Source: Guillardia theta CCMP2712
Taxonomy: Eukaryota > Protista > Cryptophyta
Direction of reading: 5' to 3'
Assembly (NCBI RefSeq): GCF_000315625.1
Contig: NW_005434620.1
Span: forward strand, 91,719-155,718
DNA: 64,000 nt
Shown here: positions 12,133-25,966 of the stretch, piece by piece
Layout: every line of letters begins with the position of its first letter
How positions within the stretch are numbered: position 1 is the first letter of the stretch
Translations under genes and position numbers: made by a program
Notes under the pieces: model-generated
The model's database searches: none
Told to the model about the DNA's origin: nothing
What the model saw: only the letters and a program-made list of their open reading frames with translations

Positions 12133-13972
12133 TCAATCAGCGGGCACCACCTGGTTGACCTTGAACTTCCCTGAGGCTCCATGACTGGCTTCGACGAGCC
12201 CCAAGTTCTTTCCATGTCGATCTATCACCGTCCGCAGCATTTTTTGCATCTCCTCGTTGAGGGAGTCGTCTGAGTCCAGAGCGACGGAGGTTGCAAACAA
12301 GAGGAATTCTGTGGGGTTCAGGTACCCGTCCCCGTCTGCATCATACTCAGCAAGGAACATCTCCACTCCCTCGTCGCTGATGTTCAGCCCGAGCAGCAAC
12401 AGGGCCTCCTTCAGCTCTTTCTTCTCCAGAATCCTCGAGTTGTCATGATCGATCTTCTCGAAGACGCTGCGCACAAGCTTCTCATACGAGTCATGGCTCA
12501 CGTCCTCCTGCAGCATGTTCTTGATCAGCTTCCCGAAGGCGATCTTCCCTCGAACAGTCTCCAGCATCAGCATGTTCCGCTTCTCGGACTCCAGCTCCTG
12601 CTTCTTCTTCCTGAACTTTCTCATCTCGTCGTACCGATGCCCGAAGGTAGTCGACAAGACTGAGATGGGCCCCGACAGCATCAGGACGCCAGTGACGACA
12701 CAGCAAGACGCGAAGAACTTTCCCACTCCAGTCTCCGGCACAACATCTCCGTACCCGACTGTCGTGAGGGTGACCACGGCCCACCACATTGACTTGGGGA
12801 TGCTCTCGAAGTTCCTTCGAGCTTCACAGTGATCAGGAGGATCTGATACGAGACACTCCGAGAATTCGGTGAGGTGTAGGATGCTGCCATAGAGAACAAC
12901 CCCGATCGCAAGCATGAGGAACAGAACGCTGAGCTCCGACTTGCTCTGATGGATTGTGTAGATGAGAATGCGCAGACCTTCGCTGTAACGACCAATCCTG
13001 AAGATCCTGAAGATTTTGATCAGCCTGACAACTCGAAGCACCACCAGGCCGCTGAAGTTCGAGCTCAACAGAATTAGATCAATGTACCAAGGCAGCACAG
13101 ATGCAACATCAATGATGTTCAGTGATTCTTTGAAAAACGAAGATTTCTGCATGGAGTTGGCGAACCTAGCAGCAACTTCGACAGTAGAGAAAATAATGCA
13201 AAATGCCTCCACACTAGACACCACATTGTTCCAGTAATCTGATGTGGCCGAGCCGACTTCACGTAACTCAGGCAGGCTATCGACAATGAAGTTGACAGAT
13301 GCAAGTAAAACGACTGACAAAGAGACCAAACTATACATTCTTGCCCATTTTGAAGATTCTGGATTCTCCAAGAAGAGCCACAAAGTCTTCCGGTATCCAT
13401 GATACAAATCCTCTACCTTCAACTCTGCTTCTTTCTCAGTCAACTTATCAACGGGGATGGAGATGTTGTAGAAATCAAGCTCTTCTTGCCAAGATTGTTC
13501 GCTGATCCCGTGCGGTGGCTCTAGCCTGTCTGTGCGGTAATAATTCATGATGGCATGAAATGCTAGCGGGTTCCTATCCAGGAAAAGGAATCCGGTCCGA
13601 TCAAGAATTCCACCATCAGCCTGTCGGGAGTCAATCACTACAAGTGACTCCTCCACATCTCGAGGCTTACTGATAATCTGTACAAAAGCGTCCGAGGAAG
13701 TCGTCTCAACGTCGATATGTACGTCTTGTGTATCGTTCCCCCGCAATCAATGGTGACGATCTTCTCTTCGAGCAGCGAGCTCCTTCTTCTTGCTGCAAGA
13801 GCGTCAACACCTGTTCACTTCAGGGGGCAAGAGGCCTACATATGAACGACGGGCTAATCCCCACATCTCCTGCGCGATGGGCTTCTGATATGTTCTCCTC
13901 GGAAGCTGCTTCGAGAGAGGGTTCAAAGCTTGCACTCGAAGAAGCTGCCACGTCATCCGAATGATAAGGCAT
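12133..13972 (-). CDS. Voltage-gated K+ channel, Shaker/Kv type, with N-terminal T1 (BTB) domain and C-terminal EF-hand pair
   Basis: T1: IVTIDCGGTIHKTYISTLRRLPRTLL/FLDRNPLAFHAIMNYYRT..EELDFY. S4: LRVVRLIKIFRIFRIGR. Pore: WWAVVTLTTVGYGD. EF loops: DHDNSRILEKKE and DADGDGYLNPTE. Two short introns near the 5' end. Confidence 0.92.
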
Positions 13973-14309
13973 GGGCCCCTCGATCGCTCCGCATGCACTG
14001 CTGAACAACCTATCTAATTGTTGGGCTTTTATTGGATAAGGCCATGCACCTGACAAAAAAAAGGTCGTCACGCGACAAACCCGTTCATAATTCAATGCTC
14101 TTCACGAAAGGATCACGAAAAGTTGCCATGGACACTCTCGACTCTTCATACCTGTGCTGATATCTCTTCAGCATGTCGTTCCCTGCACTCTGCCAACTCG
14201 GCTCCTCAGCTTCTCTTTCCCATCAGCATCCCTTCCCTCTTCCTCTTCGAAAGTTCTCTTTCTACTTCTCTCCTACTCTGTCCGCCCCCGCCCCCCCCCC
14301 CCCCCCTCC

Positions 14310-14409
14310 NNNNNNNNNNNNNNNNNNNNNNNNNNNNNNNNNNNNNNNNNNNNNNNNNNNNNNNNNNNNNNNNNNNNNNNNNNNNNNNNNNNNNNNNNNN
14401 NNNNNNNNN
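14310..14409. other. Assembly gap (N run)
   Basis: N run after poly-C. Confidence 1.
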
Positions 14410-15499
14410 CCATCCCCCCTTACTGCCTGCAACATCTCGCTCGTCGTTGCATGTCGCTGCCCATAATAATGTCAACGCCAAGTCAAAGCGTATCAAGCCG
14501 GGCACCCACCCCCCAACTAGCTTCAATTTACAACCAAATTCTCCGAGATTACCCCCTGAATTTAACTTGATCTCCTCACCCTACCCATGCTCAGCCCCTC
14601 AAACCAAGTCTTTGGGGTAGGTACTCCCGGGTACTTCGATTGACCCGGGCTTCGGGTGGGGGTGGTTTGACAGAGAGTCACATCGGCGTTATTTGCCTCA
14701 CATGCCCAAACTACCCCCTGTACCCCCTGTACCCACGTAGAATTAGGGAATGGTGGCACGGTGGGTAGTACAAGCACTGAAGATCTCGGCGGCGGGCCCG
14801 GCATTGCCTCGCGGGAGTCGGACTGAGAGGCCTCGGACCAAAAAGGGCACGGCGGCGTCGATGACCACTGATCGAATCATCATAATCAGTGACTTGGCTC
14901 TACTATTGGAATCTTGCAAGTTGAGTCCAAGACTCCCATGTCAGCCTGTCTGTGCAGTCACCCCAAGCTTGGCAGGCCGCGGCTCAGTCCAGATTTTCTA
15001 GTCCCAGACCGTTAAAGCTCTAGCCCACAACTGTCTTAGACCTGCAGGCTTCACTTTTACTCAAAGTTAAAGTTAAAGATCAGTACGAAACTTGGCTCAC
15101 CACTCGATAAGACGAAAGCCCTGAACTTCTCGCGTCTGAAAGAACTTCTGAGGTTTGTCAGAACCAAGTTCTTACAATCCGATCTCATACTTTCCTAGTT
15201 CTCCCAGTGTCTAAATTCCGTTTGCAGATCGATGAGGACTTTCTGTTCATGTCTTCCAGCAACCGAAGTTGCTGACTCCGAGTCCCGCGGCAGGGGATGC
15301 CAGCCTGTGCCTGTGCCTGTGCCGCGGCCGCTCGGATCATCCGGGCGTCGGATGCTAGCTGCCACGGCGGCAAATACCGCGACCCATTGAACCACCGGGA
15401 CGAAGGGAAATTTGGCTACCAAAGAAGTGTCTTTATGACCTAGATATTACGGAAACATCGCAACTTCATCTTCAAGTTACTCCGCAAACCTCTTCATGC

Positions 15500-16240
15500 T
15501 CAGTTTTCGACTGATACCAACGGTTTCTTGCGTTGACTTTGCATTACGGTTCTCTTCCTGTTCGCAGTAGGACCTAGGATAGCCTGCTGAAATCTCGATG
15601 AGGTTCCATCTTTTGGATGCCTTTGTTCCTGCGTCTTGCTAATTTTCATGGCAAATGACATCCGCAAGTCATGAGGAACGCAGAATTTGACGCTTCTTAT
15701 CCTCGGGTGATTGATCTCCGTAGCTTGAGTGGCCGTAAGGGGCGTTCGTGGTGAAGCTGCACATGCCAACCTTGCCCTCAGTTTTTGGGTCGTGATATCC
15801 AATTGTTTTCGAGAACTACCTTGTACCATGCTCACATCGTCCTGAAAATTGTTCAGTGAGCTGAAAATTGCTTGTTTCTTGTGGTCACACCTTACTGCAA
15901 TCTTGAGTCAGAATGCACTTCATGATTGATTGGAAGTCTGCTGTACTCGAAACCAAAATTTTTCCCTGCAACTCTGCTGTGTTCTTGTCCTTGCTCGTTC
16001 TGAGCGGTGGTTGGTCTTTACCTCTGGGCTCGCAGAGAATTGAGAAATATCTGGAATACGCACAATCAGTAACAGCACAAGCGTATTTCAACAACCTCGA
16101 GCTTGTACGTTTTGTTTGAGGCATCGGAGGTGAGGTCTTGTTCGAAATTCACTTCTGTCCTCCTTGTTCTGTTCCCTCTCCCCCTTGGTTTCTCTGCCAC
16201 GGCATAGCACAAGATCATCAGTACATCGAGAATGCCATGC
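15500..16240 (-). CDS. Possible hypothetical multi-exon gene
   Basis: Several minus-strand ORF pieces bounded by GT/AG signals; no recognisable motif. Confidence 0.25.
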
Positions 16241-17646
16241 TGAGCCGTTGGGAGGGATATTCTCCCGAGTCTGCCTCAGAACTGAAGTCGGGCAACGGGC
16301 CCGCCCGGATGCCGGTGCCGGGCCACTTCCGAGACCGGACATAAACACTGAGAATCCCGATCGACCCCGGACTGCTGAAACCTGGAGGTCATCCGAGGAA
16401 AATGAGGGGGATGAAGTTCACAAGGTGTCGTAATATTTCCGACGAGGGCGGACTGACCTCATATATACATGCAATGAAATCAATATTTTTATTATATTTT
16501 CAAAATATAAAACAATATTTGGAAAATTATTACAAAAAAATTTTAAATTATCTTTGCGCTGGCATTCTGAAAATCATGTCATGTCGGCCCCCGTTTCAGA
16601 AGAAACCCACCCACCCCCTACTTTTGGACGATTACCCACACCCACCCTCTTATCGATCTTTCTCCAGCATTTTGACACCCCCCATAACTTTTATGGACCC
16701 CAGCTTTCCCAATAAAACATGGCCTTTTTTACTATATTAATCACCACCCCTGTACGTCTGTACCCAACCAAAGACTCTTGTACCCCTAACAATAGCCCTT
16801 TGGCACCACAGCAATTAACACTCCAATCCTGGTGCGCCCCACCCCAATGTCCAGGGCTGAACTTCTTCATCACCCCCTGTAATCACCATAAACGTATCGA
16901 TCAAATACTACCCCTCCATACTCCCTACCCCCTCCATGAATATTTACTAAAGTCAAGAGGTAGATTGTTTTGTAGCATTATCAATGAATGGTACACATCT
17001 CCTAAGGTATATAACTCTTCAAGAAAATTCGAATAATTTGCGAAATTTCATAAGTGAATTTCAGCTTGTATAATTTTAAATATTCAAATTTCCAAACACT
17101 TTAAGTTAATTACTGATGTATACAAATTTTCTAGGTACTAGTGCCCACACCCCTCAGCCCACCTCCACCCCACCCCCAATGCAAAGACCCCCCAACAGAA
17201 CGTTCCCCACGTAAAGCATCTGTTTGATCCCGACCACCCCTACCTTCTCCACAAACACTACTACCTCACCCCCATCAAGAACAATAAGTACACCCCTACC
17301 CACCCTGTATGACTCATCAATTCACATTTATACCCTACCCATTCTTTCTAGTATTTTACACTACAAGGTACCGGTGGAATGAACAATGAGGACACCACCG
17401 GTTCCCTAGCTCCCAGGGCACCCTCTTGTGTCCCGTTAGACCCTACCCCGTTTCTTTCCAGATCATGTCTGACTTGCACACACTCATACCCCTTGATCTT
17501 GAAACTCTTCCTCGTGTTATTTGAAATGATATAACTGTATTTGATATTATCGAATATTAATTTCAAAGTAATACCATGAGGGGTGGGGTGGGGGCTGGGG
17601 AGGGTCCGGTAAAGGAGGAGGAGGAGGCGACACACAACCATCAAAC

Positions 17647-19117
17647 ATGCAGGGGATACTGCGAACGGGGGTGGCGATGGCGATGATGGTGGCGGTGGAC
17701 GCATTCATGTCCTCCCCAGCCATGAGGATGCAGAACGTTAGGAGACTAAGGAGCTCAGGACCTGCCAAGAGGAGCTCGATCAGTCCAAGTAAGTTCCCTT
17801 CGAAAACTTTCGCGATTTTGCATGAAAAGGGGGAGACTGGGTGTGGATGAGAGAAAGCAGAAGGGAAATAGGAGGAGACATTGAAAATCTTGACTAAGGC
17901 TCGTGATTCGACAGGGATGACCCTTGCTCTTCCGCGTATGGAGCCGCTCCCTCCCTTGGACGGACAACTTCCCGACTGCCCGGTCACCATCTGGAACTCG
18001 GAGAACATCGACATTGCTGCTGAGCAGGTCAAGACTGGTGTTGCGCATTTACCATGCTGAAGGCTCTGTGCAGCGACGCTACAAAGAGGAGGGCATTCCC
18101 GAATCTCTCTTGGAGATCGTAGCTGACAGCGAAATCAACGCTCAAGGGCTGGCTTACTTCGAGGTAGCGAGAGCAGAGCGTGTCGAATGCGACTAAACTG
18201 TTCTCAGCAAAACAAGGAGATGATCATGAACCACTTGAAGCAGAATGGTGCTGTCATCTTCAAGAACTTTGACATCAGCAAGACTCCCGAAGGTACCCGA
18301 TCTTCCTGCTTGACTACTCGGAGCTGATTTCTTCGAAAGGATTCCGCAGGGTCTGGGAAACCCTTGACATGGCGCCGTGCCTTGACCCGATCCACAACTC
18401 TGGACTTCGCTCATTCCTCTCATCCAGGTCTTTGATCCCCCTAGACCTCGTGCTGGCTCTCAACTGAGTGTCGGTCCTCAGGGACGGAGTTTACGAGGAG
18501 GTGAACAAGAAGTCGCTCGCCAAGCACTACATGTGAGGCCCGTCGGACTCGAGGACTGGGTTCTCACGTGCTTTACAGTGGTCTCCACAACGAGTCCACC
18601 TTCAAGAAGACTGCCACGTATGGTCGCGGATTGTTGGGTTTCCAAGCTTGACCTCACCATACCAGCTTCGGAGCTTTCGTTTGCTTCAGCCCAGCCAGTG
18701 AGAGTGGAGGAGAATTCTTCATTGCCGATGGAGCTAAGGTGATAGAGAGACAAAGACAGAGGCGTCATGTTGATGACTGAACATCTCTTCAGATCTTCCG
18801 TGATCTCAGAACCGAGGTGCTCGAGTCTCTCTACAACAAGGGGTCCGACATTCGTTGCGCTGCTTCCTCCAGCTTGACTGACCCTCGTTTCTCAGAGTGC
18901 GCATCTCCGTGTCAAACTTGGACCTTGACTTCCTTGGAGCCCTTGGCCCTCTCAAGGAGCCTGCCATGAACTTCTTCAAGGTCTTGCGATCTGCTGTCAT
19001 GTTGGCACTCTGACCTTGTGCCAGGGATTGATTGGCTCCACTGTCGCCCCCAAGTTCGACATGGACCTTGACATGATCTACGGAGCTGATGGCAAGCCCC
19101 AGCGTCTCCAGGTGCCA

Positions 19118-19150
<33 letters not shown>

Positions 19151-19857
19151 TACACGCTTACTATCCTGCAGGCCATCGAGCACCGCCAGTCCCCCATCAA
19201 CAGACACCCCGAGACTGGCAAGCCCGTTTGGTTCTGCAACATCCACAACCATGCCAGGTCGATAGTGTGAGCTCGGTTCTGCGCCCGCGTGTCTTACCTT
19301 CGGTGAAGATACCTCCGCGACAAGCGCCCATGCAGCGTGCCCGAGGTGACTGGCGAAGGTCATGTCATGGTGTGTGATAGGATGAAATCAGGTCGGCATG
19401 ACAGACGTCTACTACGGTGACCTCTCGCACATCCCCAACGAGTATGTGGATCACATCAACGAGGTTCATGGTCATGTCATCGCCCTCCTACCCTGACTCT
19501 GCAGCCGCAGGTTTCGGAGAAGCACATCCAGAATCTCGCCATGCAGAGCGGTGACGTGCTCCTTATCGACAACTACCGCATGCTCCACGGCCGCCAGACC
19601 TTCGCGGGTGATCGCCTCCATGCGGTTGGCTCCCTTGATGTCCCCTTTCCACTCCCAACTCATCCGTCGCAGGTTTCTTGGTTCCGCAAGGGTGACGAGG
19701 CTGTCACTCCTCAAGGCAAGCCCGGCAACTTGCTCAACTCGGTGAGGAGGAGGAGGAGGGGGCGGAAGAGGAAGAGCAGGGGCATGGGGCAGGGGAAGAT
19801 GGATGCAAGCATTAGAGACTTATATGCTGGCAGGCTGTCAACTCTTTGATCAAGTAA
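17647..19857 (+). CDS. Plastid-targeted TauD/TfdA (clavaminate synthase/SyrP-like) Fe(II)/2-oxoglutarate dioxygenase
   Basis: Signal peptide ending VDA-FMS. Motifs: LKQNGAVIFKNF, GLHNES (HxE), GGEFFIADG, HPETGKPVWFCN, MQSGDVLLIDNYRMLHGRQTFAGDR. Many short introns. Confidence 0.88.
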
Positions 19858-20038
19858 GCACATCGAGGCTCCTCAAGAGATTGTCTTGCTTTGCAAGCCC
19901 TGTACCTGCTAGTCTGTGAATGAAGTGATGAAACCATCTTCTTTGCAGCTCTCTCGTTTCTTCCCTCCTCCTTCCATTCTGCGCTTGTGATTGTTCTCTC
20001 CGTTCATCCCTCTCCACCCCCCCCACGGTGGTTGCTCC

Positions 20039-21443
20039 TCATCTCTTCGCCGGAAATTTCTTGCCATGGCCGAAGTAGGTGAGGAGGTCGCGGTGGGTAG
20101 AGTTGCGCTCCTTGAATAGTTTCCTGCCGCTGCAGTGAGACGAGCGATACGAGGTGGGGGTGGACCTGAGTGAATGATGGCCGATGCGGTCGAGCGCGAG
20201 CTCCCCTGAGCTCATCCTGTTGCTCTGCTTCAAGCTCAGTCTCCTCGTCTCCATCCTACTTCATGTCCTACCGAAAAAGCCGCGTCGTCCTGCAAGTCTA
20301 TGCTTCCCCCCTTGTCGGTCGTTGCTCGGGCCCTCACGTGACTCTGCAACTTTCTCAGCTCCTCGTTCAGCTCGTCTCGTCCTAGTCGAAGTTTCGGCCT
20401 GAGCAGCTCGTGACTTGAACCTCAGGCAGCAGAGATCTCGACCTTCCAAACTGCGAGGGGCTCATGGCCGTTAGCTCCAGCCTGATCGGGACAGTGAGTT
20501 CATCAAGGTCGAGAAGCGGAAAACAGCTGTGCGTGCAGAGCAGGAGAAAGAAGGGGCGAGAGGGGCAGGAAGGGGAGGAGGAGCTCACTGGGGTGTCTTG
20601 CAGGTCTCAGGATCTTCCATGCTCTGCAACTGACGTGAGACGCGTCACATCGCGTGCGGGTTGAGACCTCGTGAGAGAGGAGGGGAACACTCTCTGAGCG
20701 CTTTGACAGCCAGGAGGGGAGGAAGACAGGGTCTTGAAACCCACACGAGGTTGTCCCGAACATTCTCCGTGAAATCCTTCCCACGTTCTTCACTCGCAGC
20801 TCCGCATCCTAGAGCAGGTCAGCTAGCGCCAGCCTGCTGAGGTCGATCGCACTGAGAAGTAGCGGCGCAAGGGCTGCGACGAGGTCGGGGAGGTAGCGGC
20901 TTGAGAATCTTCTAGGACTGCACGCTGCACGCTCGACACGTTCTCTTCTTCTTCTCTTCTCATAAACTTGCTGGCCTGGGCCCCAACAAGCTCGAGCTCG
21001 AACACACCCTTGTAGCCCGTCCTGCACAGCAACGTCCTCCTCTGATATCGCCAGCTGCTCCAGCACGTCAAACACTCCGACAGGCAATGTCACCTCACCG
21101 GACAACACAGGCGCCTCCCCCAAGTTCCACGCTCACAACAACTCCAACAGCCTCTCGCGGTAGCCATGTCACCATGTCGCGCGCCTGATCACGAAGACAA
21201 ACTTCCATGCCGACCCTAAGGCGAGCAAGCTTGTAAGCTGAAGCGAAGGGCAAAGTGGTTGACGCTGTGAAATAGTCGCACATTGCAAGGAAGGCAGAGG
21301 AGGGAGGAGGGGGGAAGCAGGTTTAGGAAGGAAGCGGAAAAAGGGGAGGAAAAGGGGGGAAAGGAGGAGGAAGAGAGATGATTATTGTGAAGATATGTTG
21401 ACGACGAAAAAGGTGGTGGTGGTGGTGGTGGTGGTGATGATGG

Positions 21444-21533
<90 letters not shown>

Positions 21534-21608
21534 GGAGGAGGAGGAGGAGGAGGAGGAGGAGGAGTACCTTGCTTGTACATCCCTACCGATGATCGCTCCC
21601 TTCGCCAT
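20039..21608 (-). CDS. Hypothetical multi-exon protein, possible Mib/Herc2-like segment
   Basis: Spliced coding pieces AVGVVVSVE..ACVVR/W..RTLLCRTGYKGVFELELV. Last exon ends LLTYFGHGKKFPAKR*. Confidence 0.45.
21414..21563. repeat. Compound microsatellite (GGT)n(GAT)n(GAG)n in an intron
   Basis: Long pure GAT run visible directly. Confidence 0.95.
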
Positions 21609-21955
21609 GCTCCTCAGCCGTTTGACTTGACTTGAGCTGACAGGCATGGTGTTGCCCGGGGCCGGGGGTTGCGAGCACCCTGGCGAGCACCATGCCCGCC
21701 CGGGGCCCGGGGCCAACCGTGGCCCCAGTGGCGCCCGGTGGGGCCAGTAACTCCACTTCCCCGGCCCCCTCAACTTGCCTCACATCAGCCTCACTCTTGC
21801 CTCACTCGGTCGGCCACGCGGGGCTCCGGGGCCCGATCGGAGGAGCTCTGGGTGATCGACTTCCCGGCCGGTAGGCACGGGTCACACTGAAACCTATGGT
21901 CCGATCTCAATGCTGAGGCGGGCATGAGCCCAGTAAGCTACAGAGACGGTTTTAC

Positions 21956-24900
21956 TCAAACAGTGCCAAGAGAGTGAAGGAAGGAAAGAATCTGCGTGAC
22001 GTCAGCAGGAGCAGGAGCAGGAGAGAAGATGAGACCTCGAGGTCCACCTTGGATCTCGAGGAAGAGCGAACTAGAGGAGCGTCAGTGCTGGGATCTCACA
22101 GCACAGGCAGGAAACTTGGGAGGAAGAGAACGACCGAGACAGTTGGTGGCAGCATAAATGAGGAAGCGCGGTTGAAGGAAAGGAAGTAGAAGAACAACGA
22201 TCACGGAAGGAAGAAGAGAGCAGCAGGCGAGAGGGGGGGGGGGGGAGAAGGAGGAGAAGGCTGTACCGATATGCTCGATTGCCTTGATGGCCTCCCTGTA
22301 CTTTTCCTCCAGATCCTTTCTTGCCTTCCTCGTCTCTTCCAGCTCTGCGAGGTCTGCGTAAGTTCCTCCTCGCCTCCTCCTCCTCCTCCTCCTCCTCCTC
22401 CTCCAGCGATACCTTCTCTCTGTTCCTTCAAATTCTCCTCCAGACGCTCAATGTGATCGGAAGCAACCTTGCGCTGGCAAGAGAAGGGAGAAGATTAGAG
22501 GGCATCTTCTCGCCTCCTCCTACTCCTCCCACCTGCTCACTGGAGATATGTGCAGCCTTTGCGTTGAGCCCCTCAAGGGTGAGGATTTGATCTGAAGGAT
22601 TTTGTTGAAAACCAACGAGGAGAAGATCGAAGGAGAGACGAAGGGCGAGCAGGGGAGGAAGCGGAGGAGGAGAAAGGAGAGGAAGGAGCAAGAGCTGGGG
22701 GTTAGAAGGTGGGGGGGGGGGGCGGGGGATGGGCAGGGAGGAGGAGGAGGAGGGGGAACCTGTTTTCTCCCGCACCAGCTGCTCGAGCTTCTTCTTGTTC
22801 TCCGTCAAGATTTTGTTTTCCTACCCGGCAACATGTTGAGGGAATGAACAGGGAGGAGCAGGAGGAGGAGAACGGAGAGGGAAGGCAGGAGGGGAGGAGG
22901 GAGGAGGGGGGAGGGGGATGGGGGGAGGGGAGGAAGGGAGGAGGGAGGAGGGAGCAGGAGGGATAGATCAGGTTCAAACCTCTTCAAGTCGCTGCAGGTC
23001 TCCTTGTTCGCGACTTCTCTGAAGAAACTCTAATAGGAGCGCATCATAGTCACCAACACATCCCTATGCTCCTGCTCTCCCTCCCCCTTCCCTCCATCCT
23101 CTTCCCTCACCTCTCTTGCTCGCAACCGCCTTCGCTCTCTCGGCCTCGATCGCTTTCTCCGCAAGTTCTGCCTCCAACTGCATCCTCGTCACCCGACGCA
23201 CGTCACAACAAGCCGCACATGTTCGATCCTACGCTGTTTCCCCTCCAGCTCCAGTTCAGCTCTCTCCTTCGCCGCTTGCTCCTTCCTCAGCTGCAGACCG
23301 TCAGACTTTGGCTTGTCTTGCTCAGCGTAGGACCTCATTCTGCACGTGCTCCTTGCCCCTCCTGTTCTCCTCCTCCGACCAGGGAGCCCACAAGAACGCG
23401 CCCTCGTCCACGAGCATGCTGCGACTGACGTACTTCCTCCGATTCTTGGCGTCTTTGAGGTCGAGGAAGACGACTGCCCCCTCTGCGTCGATTTCCTGGA
23501 ACCACCTGCAGCTCAAGGACTTCAATCCTGCACAGGTGAAACCAAAGAGGAAGGAGGAGGAGGAGGAGGAGAGTACGAGAAGGAGGAGAGTTGAGTACGA
23601 GGACAAGGGGGAGGAGGGGGAGGAGGGGAAGGAAGAGGAGTGCGAGCAGAAGGAGGGGGTGGGGAGTACGAGCAGGAGGAGGAGACCTCGTTTCTCCTTC
23701 CTCCTTTAATGCCTTCTCGTAGCTCTCAGGCACCTCAGCCGCGAGATTCTGTAGGACTCGCGAGTCTTTCGCCTGCGACTGGTCAGACATGACCAGCAAC
23801 CAAGTCGTGCAGCTCACGAGCGCCTTTCTCAGCTTCTCCACCTCCTCCTCGAGCTCCTTCACCCGCGGGTCTACTTGCGGCTCCTGCTGAAGGGGGACAA
23901 AGCTGAAGAGAGACTGCTGGGAAGGAGCATCTTCGCCTCGGGCTGGCTCGGACGGCTTGACTGGCAAGAGGGAGGAGAAGAAGTCGAGGGCAGGGATGCC
24001 GGACCCTTGCTGGGCCTGCTGGCTGCTGCTGAGCAGCTGCTGCTTCAGCTTCTCGTTCTCAGCTCGCAGCGCCTCGAGCTCCTTCGCCTGCTCGTCAAGA
24101 GCAGCCCTGCTCTCCTCCATCGCCTTTAGTTCATCCTCTCGCGCCTTTGCAGCTGCTTCCTCCTCCTGCTCCTTCTGCTTGCTCTTCTTCTTGAAGACAG
24201 CGAGCCTGTTGAAGAAGTTGCTCGATACTGCCAATCAAGTCAGCTGGAGCTTGCTCGACACATCATACCTTTTCCTTCGTTCTTCTCCCCCTCGTGTCCA
24301 TCCTGCCCATCTTGCTCCTCATGCCCTTTCTGTCCTTTCTGACCCTCTTGGCCTTTCTGACCCTCTTTGCCTTTCTGACCCTCTTGGCCTTTCTGACCCT
24401 CCCCCTCCCCCGCTCGCACAGGATCCGTTGCCTTGGTCTTGAGGTCTTCTTTCTCCCGGCTGACACTGTCGAGCTGATTCTTGAGTCTCTCATTCTCCTT
24501 GCTTATATCCTCGAGCTGTTTCTTCGCCATCTCTTCTTCCTTGCTAGACCTGAGCTGGGCTGCAGCAGTATCCCTCACGTTCTCACTCGCGAGCTTTTCC
24601 GCCTCTTCCAGCTTGACGGGACCGTTTTCAAAAAGGTCCAACGAGCGAGCTCCACCGTTGGTATCTGCAGCAAGAGGTCTCAAGCACATGGTAAGAGGGA
24701 GGAAAGACTACCTTGCGGGGTCGACTTGACTGACTTCCGTCCATCCGACGAATCCCCGTCGCTGCAGTCGCAAACATGACTGGAGGACAGGGGCCGGGGA
24801 GCAGCATGGCAACTCACGTCTTTTGTTGTTCTTCTCTCGCATCTTCTGCTGTCTGAGTGGAAATCGTCGCCGTCTCGACCGGGATTACCTGACTCACGAG

Positions 24901-25966
24901 TCAAACTTAACCCTGCAAGAATCCCGCATCACCACAACCTTGGGAGGGTCCGCCGCAACATTGGCAGAACTTTTCGCCTTCTTGATCTTCTCGACTGCAG
25001 ATCTTAAGAGCAACGAAACTCTCAGGTCAGCTGGCAACCTGGTGGAAGGTCTTCCAGGCTGCACTGGATGGCCTTGGTGAAAAGCTTCTTTTTCCTCCTC
25101 ATCCTCAGTCGCTTCTTGCCCAGCTCGGATCCAGGGCGCGGCCTTGTGATCCCAGCTGACAGGATCTCAGCGTCAGACGATCTTCACGAGGTCTTAGCTG
25201 GTCTCACTTGCGATGCGATAAAGTCTTGACAGAAGGTTGTTCCCGTCGGGAGTCATCGAGCAAGTCCCCTTGAAATCTCATTTGAGTTGAGCAGAAGCAA
25301 CACCGTCAGCTCTTCTCCCACCTCCTTCCTCTTCTTCATCTTCCTTATCCTCTGCTTCAACTTCCCGCTCTTGAGCATGGCTGCCGTCCTTGTCAATCCA
25401 CTGACCTAGAGCCGCCACACCTCCTCACCTCCTAGGTTTCCTTTCAGCTCGTCGTAGGAGAGGGAACTTTCCGGGTCGTACTCGAAGATGAAGACTTGCT
25501 TCAAGCCCGTGAGAGGTTGGGTCATGTTCATCACTGTGTTCAGAGGCAGCTCCTCCCGATCATCTGACGCGTTCCTGTCGCACCCACCGTCACTCTCGTC
25601 ATCACAGTCAACTCCTGTTTGTCTCGTTCTTCAATCACCATCGCTGTCACACTGCACGCTCTCACCCCCAGCTCCCTTTCGCTCTCCTCCTCCTCCTCTC
25701 TTCCTCTCTTCGCCCTCACTCTCTCCTCTCCCTCCCCCAGCCCGATCATCCGCCAGCTCTCCTCCAGCACAAACTCACAGCGCGAAGAGCGTTGTCATGT
25801 CGGCTCCTTCGCCCCATGAAGCGGGAACTTCTCGATCCTCGAGGAACTCGACGATGAGCACACAGACGTCCTCTACTGTCGCTCCCTCCTCTGCCTCCAG
25901 CTCCTCCTCCAACTCCTTCCCCACCTCCCCGAACGTCTCCGTCCGCATGACGAGCTTCATCCCCAT
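21956..25966 (-). CDS. Multi-exon coiled-coil protein, possible WW-like motif
   Basis: E/K/Q-rich heptad exons (LDEQAKELEALRAENEKLKQQL; LEDISKENERLKNQLD). WW-like RWFQEIDAEGAVVFLD...WAP. Last exon ILSFLHSLGTV*. Confidence 0.6.
24335..24400. repeat. 18-bp tandem repeat (CTTTCTGACCCTCTTGGC), ~3.5 copies, probably intronic
   Basis: Direct repeat visible in the sequence. Confidence 0.8.

Noticed and set aside
24280-24410. Collagen-like G-X-Y protein segment (GQKGQEGQKGKE)
   Set aside because: It arises from a short 18-bp repeat that appears to lie in an intron of the coiled-coil gene.
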